Positions 62,133 to 64,000 of a stretch of 64,000 nt of DNA are shown here, piece by piece (position 1 is the stretch's first letter; every line of letters starts with the position of its first letter). A program made the translations under genes and the position numbers. Below the pieces are notes generated by a model, which had not been told where the DNA came from, ran no database searches, and saw nothing but the letters and a program-made list of their open reading frames with translations. Origin of the DNA: Porphyromonadaceae bacterium UBA7042. GTDB taxonomy: Bacteria; Bacteroidota; Bacteroidia; Bacteroidales; Muribaculaceae. The DNA lies in the NCBI GenBank assembly GCA_002494015.1, contig DLAR01000031.1:55-64054 (forward strand), written 5' to 3'.

Positions 62133-62637
62133 TCTGAGCGACATCCGCGCCATCGTTTTCGATATCGACGGCGTTCTGTCGCCCTCGACCGTCCCGGTTG
62201 ACGAGGAGGGGCGTCCGTCGCGCATGATTAATGTCAAGGACTCTTTCGCCATCCGTCTCGCCATAAGCAAAGGATTGAGAGTGGCCATCATATCGGGCGC
62301 GACCGACCCGCGGATGCATGAGGCATACTCGCGTTTCGGTGTGACCGATATTTTTATGAGCCGCCCCGACAAGAAATCAGTCATGCTCAGATGGATGGCC
62401 GATGCCTCCCTTGCTCGACACGAGGTCGCCTATGTCGGCGACGACATCCCCGATATTCCCGCCATGAACTGCGCCGGGCTGCGTGTGTGTCCTGCCGACG
62501 CTGCCGATGACGTGAAAGAGACCGCCAATTATATCAGCCGGGTTCCGGGAGGCCACGGGGTTGCCCGCGACCTGCTCGAACAGATTCTCTCGGCGCAAGA
62601 CAAGTGGATAACCCAACATAACGACTACCTATGGTAA
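62113..62637 (+). CDS. kdsC: KDO 8-phosphate phosphatase (HAD, KdsC family)
   Basis: ..IVFDIDGVLS.. (DxD), ..VAYVGDDIPDIPAM.., ..GGHGVARD.. Confidence 0.85.
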   Translation: MSRIDYNLSDIRAIVFDIDGVLSPSTVPVDEEGRPSRMINVKDSFAIRLAISKGLRVAIISGATDPRMHEAYSRFGVTDIFMSRPDKKSVMLRWMADASLARHEVAYVGDDIPDIPAMNCAGLRVCPADAADDVKETANYISRVPGGHGVARDLLEQILSAQDKWITQHNDYLW

Positions 62638-63224
62638 CACCTCTTGACAATCTTTCAAAATACCGCATAATCCTTGCCAGCGGTTCTCCGCGCCGCAGGG
62701 AACTGATGTCGTTGCTCGACATAGACTTTGAAGTCAATACTTCGATTGATGTAGACGAGAGCCATGACGGAATCCCCTCTCGCGAAGTTGCCCCGTTTCT
62801 TTCCCGGGTCAAGGCCGATGCCTATCGCGCACTGCTGACCTCAGGCGGAAATGAATTGGTAATAACAGCCGACACAGTCGTGATTCTTGACGACAAGGTG
62901 CTTGGCAAACCGCGTGATTCCCGTGAAGCAGTCGGGATGCTATCCGCTCTTTCAGGCCGCGTCCATGAAGTCATTACCGGAGTGACAGTGATGACCGCCG
63001 GCAAGACTGTTACATTCAGCGCGACATCCAAGGTTGAATTTGCCCCGCTCTCGACCGACGAAATCGAGTATTACGTCAGCCGTTTCCGTCCGCTCGACAA
63101 GGCGGGAGCCTACGGGATTCAGGAATGGATAGGGGCAGCAGGCATTCGCGGCATTGACGGCAGTTTCTACAACGTCATGGGCCTCCCGGTTCACCGATTG
63201 TATGACACATTGAAGGAATTCTGA
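62631..63224 (+). CDS. maf: Maf-family nucleoside triphosphate pyrophosphatase
   Basis: ..IILASGSPRRRELM.., ..ADTVV..D..VLGKP.., ..KAGAYGIQ.. Confidence 0.9.
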   Translation: MVTPLDNLSKYRIILASGSPRRRELMSLLDIDFEVNTSIDVDESHDGIPSREVAPFLSRVKADAYRALLTSGGNELVITADTVVILDDKVLGKPRDSREAVGMLSALSGRVHEVITGVTVMTAGKTVTFSATSKVEFAPLSTDEIEYYVSRFRPLDKAGAYGIQEWIGAAGIRGIDGSFYNVMGLPVHRLYDTLKEF

Positions 63225-63253
63225 CATAATTCATAGATATTAAACGGTTTATG

Positions 63254-63287
63254 CCGTCATTCATTATCGTGGGTGACGGTTTTTTTG
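63254..63287 (+). terminator. Rho-independent terminator after maf
   Basis: ccgtca-N14-tgacgg followed by a T8 run. Confidence 0.6.
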
Positions 63288-63317
63288 AACTTTTTTAAAT
63301 AGTGTTGAAAAAATACA

Positions 63318-63338
63318 GTACTATGTATTGCATAGTAC
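63318..63338. promoter_or_regulatory. Inverted repeat GTACTATG-N5-CATAGTAC; candidate PadR operator
   Basis: 8-bp perfect arms, 12 nt upstream of the TACCTTTG -7 box of the PadR gene. It contains an ATGT...ACAT pair reminiscent of PadR sites. Confidence 0.4.
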
Positions 63339-63350
63339 ATAAATAATACA

Positions 63351-63358
63351 TACCTTTG
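63351..63358 (+). promoter_or_regulatory. -7 box TACCTTTG for the PadR operon
   Basis: Matches TAnnTTTG, 43 nt upstream of the ATG at 63401. Confidence 0.4.
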
Positions 63359-63400
63359 CAGCGTCATGACCAATCAACCTGTTTAACCAAGGACAAAAGA

Positions 63401-63724
63401 ATGAATGTTGACAATGCAAAATCCCAGATGAGGAAGGGGATGCTTGAATATTGCGTCATGCTTCTGTTGCGCAAGGAGGCATGTTATGCAAGCGACATCA
63501 TCACCCGCCTCAAAGCCGCTGAGCTGATTGTCGTGGAAGGGACGCTTTACCCGCTACTGACAAGGCTCAAGAATGACGGCCTCCTTGCCTATGAGTGGCG
63601 CGAATCCACGCAGGGTCCGCCGAGGAAATATTACACTCTTACCCTGTCGGGTGAGGCGTTTCTCTCCCAGCTCGATGCCGCTTGGAACGGTCTCGCGACA
63701 ACAGTAAACCTATTAAAATCCTGA
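63401..63724 (+). CDS. PadR-family transcriptional regulator
   Basis: ..GMLEYCVMLLL......YASDI...L........V.EGTLYPLL.RL..DGLL...W.....GPPRKYY.LT..G. Confidence 0.9.
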   Translation: MNVDNAKSQMRKGMLEYCVMLLLRKEACYASDIITRLKAAELIVVEGTLYPLLTRLKNDGLLAYEWRESTQGPPRKYYTLTLSGEAFLSQLDAAWNGLATTVNLLKS

Positions 63725-63732
63725 ATACAAAG

Positions 63733-64000
63733 ATGAAAAAGAATATAACAGTCAATATGTTTGGCATCTTGTATCCCATCGACGAGGATGCCTACGAGTT
63801 GCTCAGCCGTTATCTCTCCAATATGCGCGGATATTTTTCGCGTCAGGACGGAGGAACTGAAATCGCCGACGATATAGAGGCCCGCGTGGCCGAATTGATG
63901 AACGAATTGCGACAGAGTGGTGTCAATGCCGTCACTATCGAACATGTGCAGTCTATTATCAGCCGCATCGGCAGTCCCGAGCAGCTTGACGTAACAGAAG
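63733..64000 (+). CDS. PspC-domain-type membrane protein, N-terminal part (3' end outside the window)
   Basis: ATG at 63733. MKKNITVNMFGILYPIDEDAYELLSRYLSNMRGYF...IADDIEARVAEL... matches the N-terminus of the Bacteroidetes proteins that usually follow PadR. The frame is open to the window edge. Confidence 0.55.
   Translation, partial: MKKNITVNMFGILYPIDEDAYELLSRYLSNMRGYFSRQDGGTEIADDIEARVAELMNELRQSGVNAVTIEHVQSIISRIGSPEQLDVTE

Noticed and set aside
1-64000. CRISPR arrays, rRNA genes and tRNA genes
   Set aside because: I saw no regularly spaced direct repeats and no rRNA-like or cloverleaf-compatible segments in the intergenic regions. This was a scan by eye only; tRNAscan-SE or Infernal should confirm it.

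Overview
64-kb chromosomal segment that looks like a Bacteroidales (Bacteroidota) genome. Supporting signs: a SusC/SusD pair, STN/CarboxypepD_reg TonB-dependent receptors, a DUF3575-DUF3868-Mfa1-Mfa2 (type V pilus) operon, TAnnTTTG -7 promoter boxes 20-100 nt upstream of many start codons, and almost no Shine-Dalgarno signal. I call about 55 protein genes. I saw no rRNA, tRNA or CRISPR array by eye. Housekeeping genes recognised: ndk, rpmE2, topA, ilvE, pncB, kdsC, maf, dCMP deaminase, 5-formyl-THF cyclo-ligase, S41 protease, M23 peptidase and acyl-CoA ligase. Regions worth a second look: (i) a six-gene minus-strand module (34.7-39.9 kb) encoding a lipoprotein, a stand-alone LytTR DNA-binding protein, a secreted caspase-like (C14) protease, an acidic Gly/Asn-repeat protein, a zinc-ribbon-FHA protein and a membrane-anchored Hanks Ser/Thr kinase; I cannot assign it to any named system; (ii) an AT-rich island (13.7-16.1 kb) carrying a Dam-family methyltransferase and a wHTH-HNH nuclease (putative type II R-M), bounded by a ~38-codon mutS relic with a 16-bp tandem duplication and a decayed ISAs1 transposase fragment, followed by three hairpins; (iii) a six-gene Mfa-like pilus locus (17.1-27.4 kb) ending in a 1098-aa fimbrillin-fusion protein, with a structured mfa1-mfa2 spacer and a C8/G8 tract in the putative promoter region, divergent from an orphan ECF sigma factor; (iv) a susC gene interrupted by a single in-frame TAG; (v) a translationally coupled DUF3857/transglutaminase-methyltransferase-VanW operon. 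All functional calls rest on motif recognition by eye. No database search was run.
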